Part shown: piece after piece, positions 23,391-37,995 of the stretch
Numbering within the stretch: the first letter of the stretch is position 1
How the letters are laid out: every line of letters starts with the position of its first letter
NCBI GenBank assembly: GCA_951406725.2
Contig: OX597819.1
Span: 59,272,001 to 59,336,000 of the forward strand
Length of the DNA: 64,000 nt
Source of the DNA: Octopus vulgaris
Taxonomy: Eukaryota
Direction: 5' to 3'
Made by a program: the position numbers and the translations under genes
Notes under the pieces: model-generated
What the model saw: the letters and a program-made list of their open reading frames with translations, nothing else
Databases searched by the model: none
What the model was told of the DNA's origin: nothing

Positions 23391-26300
23391 AGCATTAATA
23401 AATGAGTTGTCACATCAGTATGAAGTTATTTCACTATAGAAAAAATGAAACTCATTTAGATACTATTTCAATTTTGAGACAGATTTTCAACAAATTAACT
23501 GGTAATTTCTTTAAAGCTATTCAATAATAAAACACCAAAGATTTTACAGAAGCAACACACTATCTCGAGGAAAAGTCCATAATTAATTTAAGCAAATACT
23601 ACTTAAAAATTCAAAACATACAATCTATGAGTGTTATTAACTAAATGTAAATCACAAAAAATATTTCAAAAGCTAACAACAAAGTAATCGCAAAAGTTGG
23701 GCTATAATATTATATTTTATATTACATAACATTATATGCTACCATAATTATTATTCTCATTTTAAACTTTTGTGGATTTTATTTTTATTTAAAATCTTAA
23801 TTAATTACACCAAAACTAAGTAATGCATAATTTGGAATTATATTTTCAATACTCTGATATGAGAGAACTTGAAAAAAATAGGAAGGTGGCAATAAAAATA
23901 AAATAGAAATTTTTTTTTTTTTTAATGTGAAAATTATTGGTTCATTTCATAAGAAAATTGTACAGTCTAAAGAAAATATTGCAAAGATACACAACTTCAT
24001 TTCAAAAGACAGACAAGCTAATATATTTTAAGTTTTTGAACTCAAATTGATTATGCTTTGTCTGGAAGAATGAAAGATATTACCATGACTAAAAGAAAAA
24101 ATTTTTAATTCCATGATTCAAATTACAGTGCTAACATGCAGATTCTGCAGAGCGAAGTGAATATAAAGTTTCCTCTACTAAAAGTGATTTTTCACAGAAA
24201 GCCAGTTACTTATTCTCCAGCTTAGACATTTGGCTTTAAAGATCATAAAGTTTTTTCTGCAAGATACAGATGTAAAATTTAAGAGTGAGCAGTCCACTAT
24301 CTTATTTATTTGTTCGTGTCACCTTTCCTTTTGTTACAAATATACCTACTGATTTCAACAGAATCTTAAAATTGAATTATCTCTAGGATAAATAAAATGG
24401 TTTAACAGAATTTCACACATATTTCAGATCATAAAACATTTTAACTTTTTAGAAGTTAGGTCTAGATCTGCTAAGTTACAGAGTTAAAAGTTGGCCATAA
24501 CATTAAACTTGAAACAATTTTGTATTTCTCTGATTGATAGCTCAAACATTTTTTTTTTTCATCAATAGAAATTGTAGTATTTTGTCAATTTAAAGTTTGA
24601 TAATCAATAAAATTTCCAACTATGTCTACTGTTGACCAATCAATATAATATTTTTCAAGCCACTTAAAAGTATACAAGCCTGTCAATAAAGTACCAAGAG
24701 CTGAAATATAATTAACATATGTCCTAAAAGACTGTGGTGAGTTCAATCCCACACTGAACATCAACAAAAACATGCCAAACCTGATACTAAACAGAGAGAC
24801 ACTATTCAAACAGTATTTTACAGAAAAGGTGAGGTTAGAATGGGAAGTCACTCTTAGCACTAAAACATCAGCATTTAAATGATACTCTTCTTAGAAACAT
24901 CCTCTTTCCTCACAAGTACCTTACAAGTGCATTCAAAAATATTTTCACAAATGCACAAAATGAAAAAAATAACACCCTCTCACTATAAAAACCTAACTCA
25001 GTAATAGATACCTAGAACTAATAAACACATTCTATTCACTAAAAATCTTTGGCAGGTTTTAAAAGAAAGTCATTTAATCCACGAGAGTCATTTCCGGCAT
25101 AACTTTCTAAATTAATGACTAGTTAATTTTCCAGTCCTATGGAATGTGATATATCACTAATTAAGTTACCACCCAAATACTAAGAATACACTGAGATTTA
25201 ATAACAATTGTGACATCACATAATTAATAATTCATTTAATTAATTTACCTTTCATACTTTAAGCTATGAATTTATAGTTTTAGTATTATTACTTCAGCAC
25301 TCTCGACAGTTTGTTTACATGTGTTTTTTTTTTGGGGGGGGGGGGTCTGTTTCATTGTCAACTCCTTTAAAATAATCATTTTAGATATATCTATCTCTCT
25401 TTCTGTCAATAAAATAATTACAAACATTCAACCTCGTCATGTCAACTGAGGAAAAAAAATCTTTAAAAAAAGTGTCAGAAATCCAGATATGAACAGTAAA
25501 CAAATCCTAAATTGACATCCAGCTGAAATCTGTTGAGATTGCAGAAAATCTGAACTATTCAGTTTGCACCAGCATTAGACCAGAAAAAATAAGAGAAAAA
25601 AAAACAACAGACGGCAGAAGACAGCTGAAGTTACTGCATTTCTTTGCTGACTGCTAAAAACTGTTATAATTCTGGATAACATATCTGTTTCAAAATTTCA
25701 TCAGCTTTCAAAAATATATGTTTTATTATTGTTTTATGCTGCATAACCAGTTTGATTTATGAATTTTCATGTATTTACATCTTTCTTCCCTCTAAGAAAT
25801 ACAAATTTTTAGGCAAACTATCAATGCCCTTTCTTTTGGAGAAAATATAAATAAATTCATTTGGAGATTTTATTTATTCTGTAAACTTTACATCCTCATC
25901 CATTTATATCAACAACTAAGTAGTTAAATCTGTTTCTTCAACAATGGACATTGTTCTAAATCTTTGCTACAGGAGAATTTATTGGCAACTAGCAACAATA
26001 CTATTAATAATTCAACATAGGTATATTACCCATCATCTGAATGTTTTTTTAATGTACATAAATATAAAACTTGCTAAAAGTGCGTAATAGTAAATTTCTA
26101 GTTAAAAAAAATAAACAAAATATAATGCATGAATAATATGAGTGAGTAAATAATTCACACACATACACAGTTTTACTCTAGACTAGGGCTCTTCCATATA
26201 TGACTGAAGACTATTTTTTTTTTAAATAAGGAAATAAAATTAAAATACAAATATGACAAATATATGTGGATCAAAGAATTGAAAAATAAATTCAATGTTT

Positions 26301-28843
26301 TCCTAAATGGCTACAAAAGCCTAAACAATAAAGAAATGTGGGATTCTTCAACATTCATGCCTTTCCCATGAGTATTTGTATAGCTGAAAGAAAACATTTC
26401 AAACCAGAATTGAAACCAAATCACAAATTTCCTCCCTAAAGAATTTTCTTCTAAATAGAACACCTGCTAACGAATGTAAAACAACGAAATTATAAATAAC
26501 AATGAGAATTCTAAGAGCAGCAGTATTATAAATTAGAGAAGGAAGAATAAAAATAAAGCATTACAAGAAGTTGCTATTTGCAGTTATTGACCTAATCAAG
26601 CCTTCAATTGGAAACCTTTACCAGATGATCCAATAAGCACTGCCTTATTGAGATGTATAAATAGTTTGTGAGATTGGATAAATTCACATTTAGCAACTCA
26701 TTTGATAAGGAATTTATTTCACCTAGTTCTAAAAGTAACATTCAGTCTTTGATTACTTTTGTCCATATTTAGAATCATCAATACTTAAATCTCATAAACA
26801 CTTCACATGTTTTTGTTTTTTTGTAATCCCTATTTCCACAGCTTGGGCAAACCTGTAAAACGGTACTTGTATTCAACATACAGTTGCTCATTTATTTTCC
26901 TCTACTCACCTTTAGCTAGAGCTAACAAACAGGTTTCTGACCTTCTGATCAAGTACCTTCTGTAATGTAACAGTTAATTTCAATCATCTACTGAATTACA
27001 TAACACATAATCAGCTCTGAGGTAACATACACTGCTTGTCTAAAGTCAACCTCATCGAAAATATAGATAATACTCCCATAACATAGTTACCTTTAAAAAG
27101 AAAGCATCCAGTAGTAAAAACACTTGCGCTAACACCTCTTATGCAAATATACATATTTACAGAAACACCCAAACAATATTAGCATGGAAGAAAAACAGAT
27201 TAAATAAATAAATAAATAAAACATTTTAAAAAAGATAATCACCACATTGCTATATCACTTAAATCTCCTTTGAAAGTAACAAGTAGTAAACTCATTTGAA
27301 TTCGGTCTATCCTCCAGATTAGCTGTATAAATTCAGTTAATAGTGCTCATCTACCTCATTTATATTTTACCTTTGAAAAATTATCTTTCCTAACCAGGTA
27401 ACACTAAACTGATAATTTCTATGTAGCAGACTAAAGAAGAGCCACAAAAGCAAGCAAAACAGACTGTGACAAAAACTATAGGCAAAAGAGTCATGATCAT
27501 GATAAATCTCTAGATAAAAAAAGCCTGAAAAGTTTCATAATGTGATAGAGTGTACAGGAGATAACCTCCTTCAATTTTACTAGGTCAAATTTTGTAAATT
27601 CCATAAGATAGTGTTAAAAAAGAAAAGATTAAACCTATTGTTCAATGAAGAATTACAGCAAAGGCAAGGGGTAGATTGATCGACACGGCATAATAGTTTA
27701 AAGTGTTATAATGGAATAAACTTCTGGAGAGAAGAGACTGCCTGAATACCATAAATGAAAAACGAAATAAGGGGTTCATTAGTGATCAGCATCTTATAAA
27801 AGAAGCATATGCCTTACATCACCATCATCATTTAACATCCAAGTTCAATGCTGGAGGGTTAGATGGTATGACAGTATCTGATGAGTTCAAAGATCATATT
27901 ACATTCCAGGGTCTACTTTGGCATGATTTCTATCGTTGGATGCCCTTCCTACTGCCAACCACTTTAGTTAGTGTTGAGTGCTTTTCTCATACCACCAGCA
28001 CCAGAGAGGCTGCCACGAGGCTTCGAAGGTGATGAAATTCTGAGGGAGCAGCTTCATACTAGGAGATGATGGGTGAAAGTATGAAAGAATGGGCCTAAGC
28101 AGAATAGGTTTCCTGCTGTAAAGGGGCTACAACACTAGTCACATTTTAGACAAGAGAGCAGGAGAGGTTGGGTGGAATTGGAAAGAGATAGTGATGATGA
28201 GGTATTTTAGTGGGCCCTCAAGGTACAAGGTGAGTGGGAACAGGGGAACCAGGAGTTTGGGTTGGTAGAGGTTGCAAGAGTGTATGGGAGTGCAAGATAT
28301 GGGAAAGGAGATGACAAATATAAAGACTGGGTAAGGTTGAAGGGTGGAGACACAGTGAATGATGGATGCATGAGTTAGGGGCAGTAGGGGAATATAAATG
28401 GAAATTAAAGAAATTATAAAATAATAGTTAATATGAATTATGACATCACAATTGAGGTAAGGTTATTGAAAATGAGAATTTTTCCATTAGGTCTCATCTT
28501 CCCAGCTATTACCATCTACTCTTCTATAATATGGGATGGCCATGCATTTTTCCCTTAGCAAGACACCTGCAGTTGTCCCTCCATCATACTTTAGCCTCTT
28601 GACATCTGGCATAAAGCCACCTTTTTCTCAAATACTTCCCACTGCCATTTAGTCAAGGGGATTTTTCTTTTACTCCTTTTTCTGTCTTGTAGGTTACTTT
28701 AAGTGCTGGTGGCATGAGAAAAGCACCCATACACACTGTAAAGTGGTAGGCATTAGGAAGGGCATCCAAATACAATAAAAACAAACATTAAATGATGATG
28801 ACAATGACAATGTATTATTTTAATAAATTAAGTAATGAACAGG

Positions 28844-29198
28844 CAAAGGTAGGCACCATTAATCAAAAAGTTAACTTCATTAACCGTTAATCCATTAACC
28901 AAAAAGTTAACTTTGATAACTGTTAATCAGCTAATTCTTTAACAATGTAACGGAAGTTATCAATAAACTGTTAACAATTTTTATTATAGAAAAAAAAAAA
29001 AAATCAGTTTTTGCACTAAAAACACCTTTAAAAAGTACCAAAATTATAAAATCCATTAACTTCAATTGAATTGAAGTTAACAGAAGTTAACTCAAGCTTA
29101 CTTGAATTAACGGAAGTTAATTAGTCCAATAATGTTAACAAAAAAGTTAAATCGTTAACAAAAATGTTTAACAATTAACAGTTTGGTGCCCAGGTTTG
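28844..29198. mobile_element. hAT-type MITE with GTTAAC-rich subterminal repeats
   Basis: TIRs CAAAGGTAGGCACC / CAAACCTGGGCACC. 8-bp TSD TGAACAGG / TGAACTGG. Confidence 0.75.
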
Positions 29199-32100
29199 TG
29201 AACTGGTATATGAAGCTAAAAGCAGCTGCATTTTTACCATACAGGCTAAATCTTACTTGGCTGATTTACTACAAAAGACATAGGTATAACATGAAAACAT
29301 CAAGTAGAGAGTGACAGGCTGTAATGATTGCCATTTTGAATGATAACATTTGGTCAAAGAAAGAGAAATACCCTTTTAAAAGTTAAAATTATATGTAGAT
29401 GAAAATTGGATTAAACGTTAAATAACTACCAGTTGAAGTATTGACTTCATCAAATATAAAGACAGAATGAAAAGAGATGGGGTTACATCACCTCGTCCTT
29501 TCTTATCAGTACAAATGGAGTAAAATCAACATGCGAATCTAGTTAACCTAAAAACATTAAAGTTATATTTGCTCTAAAAAATGTAAAAAGTTTTTTCTTG
29601 TAGATGCATTCATAACTATATTCCTTCTTTGTGCAGCTACATTTGAATTAAGGAATTTTATCTTGGCGGAATGCAAGTAAATGTAAACCACATTGTGGTA
29701 TTAAACCACATTGAAATGCTTGAGAAAGTAGTAATAAGGATGGTGCATAAGAAATATAATAGTGACACTGAAAGATTAATAAAGTAATCAGATAGTCCAT
29801 GTGTGTGTGTCTGTGTGTAATACATTACCAAAATATTTTCATAAAAATTTTTTTTTAAAGCTTATTTTGTTTTGTTGCAGACACCCAAAAACCAAACCAA
29901 ACAAAAATATATTTATAAATGCTTCATCAGCCTGCTTAAAGTTTTTTGAAAATAAGAAATGAGACAAAAATGGTGACAGAAGTTGCAGGTCACTTTCAAA
30001 CAATCAAAAAATTAACAGAAACACCACTAAAGAAATCAAATACATTATGTTACATTATGATTGTTGCTAATTTAGGCACAAAATCAGCAATTATCAGATG
30101 GGTTACTTGAAGCCATCAACCATGGTACTTGACTGGTACACTATTTTATTGACCCTGGGGTGCGGGTGAAAGGCAAAGCTGACCTTGCCATGATTTGAAC
30201 TCAGAATATAAAGAGCCTGGAAGAAATACTGGAAGACATTTTGCCCAACTCAAACAATTCTACCAATCTATCACCCTTATTGTCATTATAAAAAAGGCAC
30301 ATGGTTATTGTGGAGCAAAGTTACATCATCTTTAAATCTACGCAGCATTATCTAAAACAAAAGTTCGTAAATAAAGGAAATCAAATCATAGCTAGATGCC
30401 AGAGGATTGATGAAGCTATCCTTCATGTCTGTCTTATTTCTTGTCTACCTTTCTTTGGGAAATCAATATCTTATTTTTCACATTATCATTTCTTTATGTC
30501 AGTGCTGTTCTAGAAAACCAGCTAAAGCTAAGAACATTACGTTTTGATTGTCTGACTAATATTAATGCCTCAATATTTGTATGCAACTATTTGTCCACCT
30601 TTTGAAAGAAGTTTTATGTCTTCGTTCTTAGTAGTATTCAACGATGTATACAGTACTAAATTACATGCAATTTGTATCAGGAATCCATTATTATAAAATA
30701 TAATTTGGTTTTCTAACATCTTTGGCAATCAAATAAAATAGAAACCTCCTTAGCTACATAGTTATCTAAAAAAATAGAAGTAATACAGGTGTTGACAAAA
30801 CACTTGAATAAATATAGATTAACTCTTTAATATAAACCTGCCTGAACCAACTATGTTAGATTGTTGAAATTGGATACCTCAAGTAAAATTTCACTATGGT
30901 TTGATTGAAATTAATATTTCAGTTTGTGAACACCATTATATCAAGTTACACGTTAAGATAGTTTACTACAATTATTTGAAACACAAACATATATCCATAG
31001 AAATATAGTCACAAAAGGGATAAGAAGGAATAACCAATTCCTTTCATTACTATAGTTCTGTTGAAATACACTGCTTCATTTTTTTCAATATGGTTTGACA
31101 ATAACGAAGAAGTTTGTAAAATAAATTTGTCATTAAGCTGGTGTTTGTAATATGAATTAACCTGAAAATTTGATGGAAGGTTTTAATTTAGATTATTTTA
31201 AAGCAGGAAGTTTATATCATATAACTTGGAGTATTCTCAAGCAGGTTGGCACTTTCTATAAATATTATTTTCAATATTTCATAAAATTTATACCCCAAAA
31301 ATAAATAAATTTAAAAAATGAAAGTGTATTTTTGTTATATTAAATTATGTAGGTTAACATTTGTCAAGTCATTAGATGATCAAGCAGTTTTTTCTTTCCT
31401 TTTTTTACTTCAGTAAAATCGTGACATTTTCTTATTTTTATACGTACTTTAGTTTTGCTTGAACAACTTCTCCGTCATGTTTATGAAACCACTCAAGCAT
31501 GACAAGAAAATACTATAATACAAAAATAAAGCTAAATTTGAATAGTAAACTTAATCTGTCACCCAGTTTAATAACCCACCACCACACCCTATATTTGAAT
31601 GCCTTTGGTAGAGTTTATTCTGTTGCAAGCATTCAAATCCAGTGTCTCTGGTCTGACGTAGTTTCTTCCCCACCACCTACTAACTCCAGATGCCCTGCGA
31701 AAGTTCATGGGTGCTGTACTCATAGGTGCTGCAAATGTTCATGGGTGTTATGATTAAGTAAGAAAAAAAAAATTTTAAACCTCAAAATAAGAAAAATATC
31801 TGAATTAATAAGTGTTTTTGTTATTTAGGGAGTGTAATTACAGATTACCTTCAAGAACTGTAACATACATAGGTGAAAATATGCCATCTGTGAATCAATT
31901 TGTATTGCAACAAAATGTATTGAACAAAATATATTGCAAATTTTTTTTATATATTCTGAGTTCAAATCCTGTCACAGTCAACTTTACCTTTCAATATTCA
32001 CGGGTTGATAAAATAGAATGGCATTCTGTTGGTTATGACAACTTGAGTTCCAGTTGGTCTGATCAATGGAACAGCCTGCTTATGAAATTAACATGCAAGT

Positions 32101-33294
32101 GACTGAGCCCTCCACAGTAACGGGTATCCTTAACATAGTTCTCAAGGAGATTCAGTGTGACACAGAATGTGACACAGCTGTCCCTTTGAATTACAGGTAC
32201 TACTCGTTTTTGTCAGCTTGTGAAATAAATTGACTTGCTTAAGTACACAATGCACTGCTGGGAATCAAACTCCTGACCTTATGATTGTGAGCCAGATACA
32301 CTAACCACTAAGCTAAGTGCTTTCACTGGTTGATAAAATAAAGTTCCAGTCAAATACAATTTAACCAACAACCTCCCCACTCATTTCTGGCTTGTGCCTA
32401 ATTTAGAAATTTACTATTATAATCCAAGACCCATTGATATGCATGTTACTATATTAACATTACAAATTATTATACAGAGAGAACTCAAAAACAAAATATA
32501 AAAAGCAATGAATGAAATGAATGTTAATTGTTAAGTTAAAGCAAACTGGATGAATTCTTCTGAAGAAACTAGAAGGTTCAATCCAGCACTGAAATATTTC
32601 CTTTGTCAAAACACAGCATAAAAGTCCTATCTAGAAAAAAAACAGGTTACATCTAAATTATAAATATATACACACACACACACACACACACCTCACAGAA
32701 ATGCCAAGCCATCAATTACAGACAAATGCAACCAAGCTAATAAAAACAAAAAAATGATTTGCTCAGATACAAGGCAAATTTTTGTAAGGTGGGAATGTAT
32801 AATGAATTGAATTGACCACATTTGTAGCTATTAGTACTTATAAGGAAGAAAATTAAAGCTTTGAACTTAGAAAATAGGAAGAGGCTAAATACTCCCCGTC
32901 CAGAGTTCTATTGTTTTTGATAACATGCCACTTTAATAAAAGTGCAGCTGTCATGTGTATGGAAAAAAATTGAAGTCAAATAAGTTTCAAAATACTATTC
33001 TTGAGATATTATTATAGAAATATATAGTCTAAAATACATATATAGTTCTTTATAACTAATAACAAATGATTAATAAATATGTAATAAATAAAACCACATA
33101 ATTTATTCTTAATTTCACACACTTTAAAATTTATCAGAAATAAAATTTTACTGTAACTCTGCTATGCTATAGAACACACTATCAAGATAGTGTTTATACA
33201 GTAAGAAGACCAAATGAACAGTTAGAACAATTCATTTAAACAGGTTTCTTATTTGCAAGCTTTCTCAGTGTTTGGGGAGACGGAGGGGGTATTT

Positions 33295-33692
33295 TCATCA
33301 TCAGCATAGTGTGAACATCCACCTTTCTATGCTTGCATGGAATTTGTTGAAGCAGATTTTCTACAGCCAGATGCACTTCCTGTTGCCAATGCTCAGCAGT
33401 ATTTAAGTGATGTAATATTTCCCTATGACCAGGCATGTTTTCATGGAAGATTGGAAATAAAGGATACATGCTTACATGATAGTGATACGCATTGACAACT
33501 GATACATGATGACAATGCAAAGAGACATTAACACACACATATATATATATATATATACACATATATACACATACACAATGGGCTTCTTTCAATTTCTTTC
33601 AACCAAATCCACCCACAAGGGTTTGGTCAACCCAGGGCTATAGTAGAAGAGACAAATCCAAGGTGTCATGTAGTGGGACTGAACCTGGAGCC
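33295..33692 (-). mobile_element. CORE-type SINE with RTE-like tail
   Basis: Same architecture as 8235-8640. Confidence 0.75.
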
Positions 33693-36231
33693 AAAATTTA
33701 TATCATATGATATAATTATTTAGCCACTTTTTTTTTATTTATTTAATTTCTAAATAAAAAATTGTTTTATTAAATAAAGTTGTATATATATTTCAAAATA
33801 ATGAAACGGTTATAAGTTTCATCAGGTTAATATTATTAACAAAATTTCAACTTGTATGTTCACTTATTTCTAATTTTCTTCATAGTAATCACTGTCTATT
33901 TTGAAATCAAATAATTTCATCTAAATTCTATTATTAACCATAAAATATGAACAAAAAGAAATCTAAGATTCAGTCAAAAAATAAAAGATCTAAGCAAGGG
34001 ACAAGTATTTAACTCCGATAAACCCTATAATGTGAAAGTATTGTTAGTTACTTGAATTCTTTTGAAGTAAAAAAACAAAAAACTTTAAAGCTGGATTTGT
34101 CTGAGTTGTGTAAGTAAACAAGTTACAAGTGTGACATACTTTCAGTGTGGGCACACTTCATTTTCTTTATATTTAAACATGTATTCACTGTGCAACGTTA
34201 CAGTTCAACTAACAAATTTATCCTCTTGTCTTGTCCTAGCTAATTTATTCTTTTCTGTACAAGAGGATTCTATAATTATAGCAATTCCCATAATAATTAT
34301 GCCAACTCCCAAGCAAAACAATTTTCAAAACGCATCATTGTGTAATACTTTTACATCATTATTATATTTAGAGAATTGATGTGGGAGAATAAAACAGTCT
34401 ATAGATCTACAATTATTCTGTTTAAGAAACTTCACAGTGTAAAGAAATCTTAACAACTCTTACAGGCTCTGTTAGTGTGTCTGTGTGTGTGTGTATGTGT
34501 GTGCGTGTATGTGTGTGTGTGCTTATAGTCAATTTGTAACTATTACTGCTACCAAATAAAGCTTAGTTTAAATAGATGCTGATAAAAGGCAGCTGGTTAA
34601 TGTAAATTGTAAAAAAAGGAAAAAAACTATTAGAGTTAGCTTTAGCTCAACAATAATCACAAAGAATAATAAAGTTAAAATAAATGGTGCAATATAATTA
34701 ATACTAATACTAATCTCAAATACTGAGACCTAATTTCTCAACAGATAAATAGCCTTAATGAATATGTAAGCAAAAGCGGGAGATATTCTACATTACATAG
34801 ATAGATGTACAAGTTATATAACCTTTTAACTTGATAGAAATCAAGATAGCATATTGACACAAAAGATAATAAAGTAGTAGATAAATTGCTATGGTAGTTA
34901 AGATAAAGTAATAGATACATTTTGCTATCAAGACATTGCTAATCAAGCATCATAGCAGAACCAAATAAAAGACAATAGCTATACAATTCTTTTGCAATTA
35001 CTGAAAGTTTAAAGAGATATTTTTCGTAGCAATATTTCTACATATTCAAAAAGCACCAGTCTAATTCCTATTTTAAGGGATGATATTATAAAACTGAAAA
35101 TTAATAACCTCTTGAAGAGAAGCGATTAGAAAGATAAGTAGTAAAATAACTCCCTTTATTCTTTCACAGGTTTTCACTGGTCAATGCACCATGGCCATAG
35201 GTTTAACTATATCATATTAACTCCAGTGCTTACTTGAATCTGGTACTTATTTTATCAAGTGGCTAAGTTACCTTTTTCATTATAACACCAGTTTTTCAAC
35301 CAGCAGTGTTGTATCAAACACACAAATGCAAACAGGGCATACATATATGTACAATGGGCTTTTGCAGTTTTCGGCTACCAAATTCAAAGGTGTTGTGCAA
35401 CGAGATTGAACTTCAAACCATGTGATAGTGGAGTGAACTTCTTAATCACACAACAATGCTTGCTCCTATGACAAAGCAGTATGCAACTGGGATTCAGAAA
35501 CTGCAGCTATTACTTGGAATGACCAGAGATTAGTGTTATCTCTCATGTTTTATGTGAAAAATGTATTAGACACGTTATGATAAAACCATAGGAATAAAAA
35601 CTGAAACAAAAGCTAAAAACAGGGTCACTAAGAAAAGAGGTAGTAGCAAGGAATTTTGCAAACTCATGCATTAAACCATTGTATAATGATAATCATTACT
35701 TCTGTTAATTAAATAATACAGTAGTTATATTTCCCATCTTAAAGACCTCATATTACACAATCATATTTATCTCAGTAATCATTTCTGCTTTTGTAATCTT
35801 TAGCACTATCTGTACCAGTTCACATTTTCTAGACTAAAGCAATGCTGAATGACAATCATTTGTCATTTGCACTTGCAGAAACAAAAGTTCTGTAGGATGA
35901 GTTTTACGGTTAGTGATGTAAATGATAAGAAGGAAAGCAAATAATCTGGTTGGTACATTTAATCTGAAATGCAAAGAATTAAAGACAGCCAACACAAGTT
36001 TTAGTAGGCAGGGAAAAAAGATAGGATTTTATGGGCTTCTGAGGAGTGGACATGAAAATATAAAATAAAAAATAAGTAAGAATTCCATATGGTGGTTGCA
36101 CATGAGGTGCAGTGGAATCACAGGCTGACTAACAGAGAAGGACTTCATGTAAAAGATACCCAGAAGTAGTTAGCAATAACAGCATCCATGAAATAAATTT
36201 TAGCAACTCCTCAGAAGGCCTCAAAAAAGTA

Positions 36232-37455
36232 CTGGGTTGGCAAGAAAGTAATTTCATTTTTCGAAAATAGAGTTATGATTTTTTTTAATGACTTTTGTCA
36301 ATGTTATGATTTTTTCCTTTTGACATTTGATAGCTGTTACTTCTAGTTTACTTTAGAAGCAAATGGCACTTAAGTTAGTTCAGTATCAATTGTAACATGG
36401 AATGCAAAAATGAGCATTTTCACCATATTTTGCTTTTTTATTTTGGTAAAGGCAAGAAAGTTACTGAGGCCCATAAAGAGATATATGAAGTTTATGGTGT
36501 TGATTGCTTAACAGAACACACATGTCAGAAATGGCTTAAAAAATTCTGTTTTGGAGATTTTTCACTCAAAGATGACCAATGTTCTGATCAATCTATTGAA
36601 GTTGATGACCAAATCCAAGCCATAATTGAATCTGTTTGTCATATAACTGTGAGAGATTGCAGAGAAGTTAAATGTATCACACACAACAATTGAAAATCAC
36701 TTAAAATGTTTTGAACTCGACAAGAAGCTCGATATTTGAGTGCCACATAAATTGAAAGAGATTCACTTAACACAATCAATAGTTGAGATATGCATCTCAA
36801 ACGCAATGAAATCAACCTTTTCTTTTAAATGAACCATCACTGGTGATGAAAAGTGGATTGTCTACAATGGCATCAATCAAAAACAATCCAAGTATAATGA
36901 ACCAGCACAAACCAAATCAAAAGCTGAATTGCATTAAAAAAAGGTCATACTGTCAATTTGGTGGGATTACAAAGGTGTTGTGTATTTTGAGCTGCTTCCA
37001 AGGAACCAAATTATCAATTCAGATGTTTACTGTTAACAACTAATGAAACCGGAGAAGCAGTCAAAGAAAAACAGCCAGAATTGGCAAATCATAAAGGAAT
37101 CCTGTTCCGCCATGACAATGTCTTTGGTAACTTGTGAAAAATTATTGGAGCTTGGCTGGGAAGTGATGTCACATTCACCAAATAGCCCTGACCTTCACCA
37201 TTCATTTCGAAGTTTGCAAAATTCTTTGAATGGTAAAACTTTCAATAATGATGATCTGAAATCACACTTGCTTCAGTTTTTGGCTGATAAGGACCTGAAG
37301 TTCTATGAGTGCAGAATCATGAAGTTGCCAGAAAGATGGCAAACGGTCATTGAACAAAATGGAAAATATATCATTGATTAAAGTTCATTCTTTGTATGAA
37401 AAAAAAATAACATATTTCACACTAAAAAACCGAAATTACTTTCTTGCCAACCCAA
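36232..37455 (+). mobile_element. Mariner transposon (mellifera-subfamily-like), 1224 bp, decayed
   Basis: TIRs (C/T)TGGGTTGGCAAGAAAGTAATTTC at both ends, flanked by TA. Confidence 0.93.
36397..37381 (+). pseudogene. Mariner transposase pseudogene
   Basis: MECKNEHFHHILLFYF N-terminus, *VPHKL (WVPHEL), TGDEKWI, HDN, HSPNSPDL (third Asp region deleted), LPERWQTVIEQNGKYI. Contains stops and frameshifts. Confidence 0.9.
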
Positions 37456-37459
37456 TAGT

Positions 37460-37995
37460 TGATAAACTCTGTTACATAGGTGACTTAACTAACAATAGTG
37501 GATGTGGTGGGGATTCAAGAACATAACAGCCAGAGTAAAAATAGGATGGTAAAAGTTCAAGGAGCTATTACTTCTGCAAGCAACAAAGGCATTGTCTCCA
37601 AGTGAAATGCAGACTGTAAAATGTTTGCAAAGAAATGACATTTCATGGTAGTAAATGAAGAGGATGTGCAAAGGCTAGGAAGAATGAGGTAGGATGTTCA
37701 ACTGAGTGTATGATATTAATGTACATAAACTATGAAGTACAAGTGAGCTGAGAGAAAAACTGAGTGTAAGACGAATCAGATGTAGTGTTCAAGAAAGAAG
37801 TCTCAGCTGAAATGAACATGTGATGCATAGGGAGGATGACAATTAGATAAAGAAGAGCCAGCTTAAATAAGCAAATGTTCTGAAGATGAAAAATGAGGAA
37901 GATACAGGAAGATGTGTTGAAAGTTGATTCACATGAAGGAGATGGCAAAAGACCACAAATGAACACTAACAGAGAAGACCTGTCCAACCCATGCA
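37460..37995 (+). mobile_element. RTE LINE 3' fragment
   Basis: SVTYIGDL...GCG...ARVKIGW.KFKELL...LATK, homologous to 1390-1900. Confidence 0.65.
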
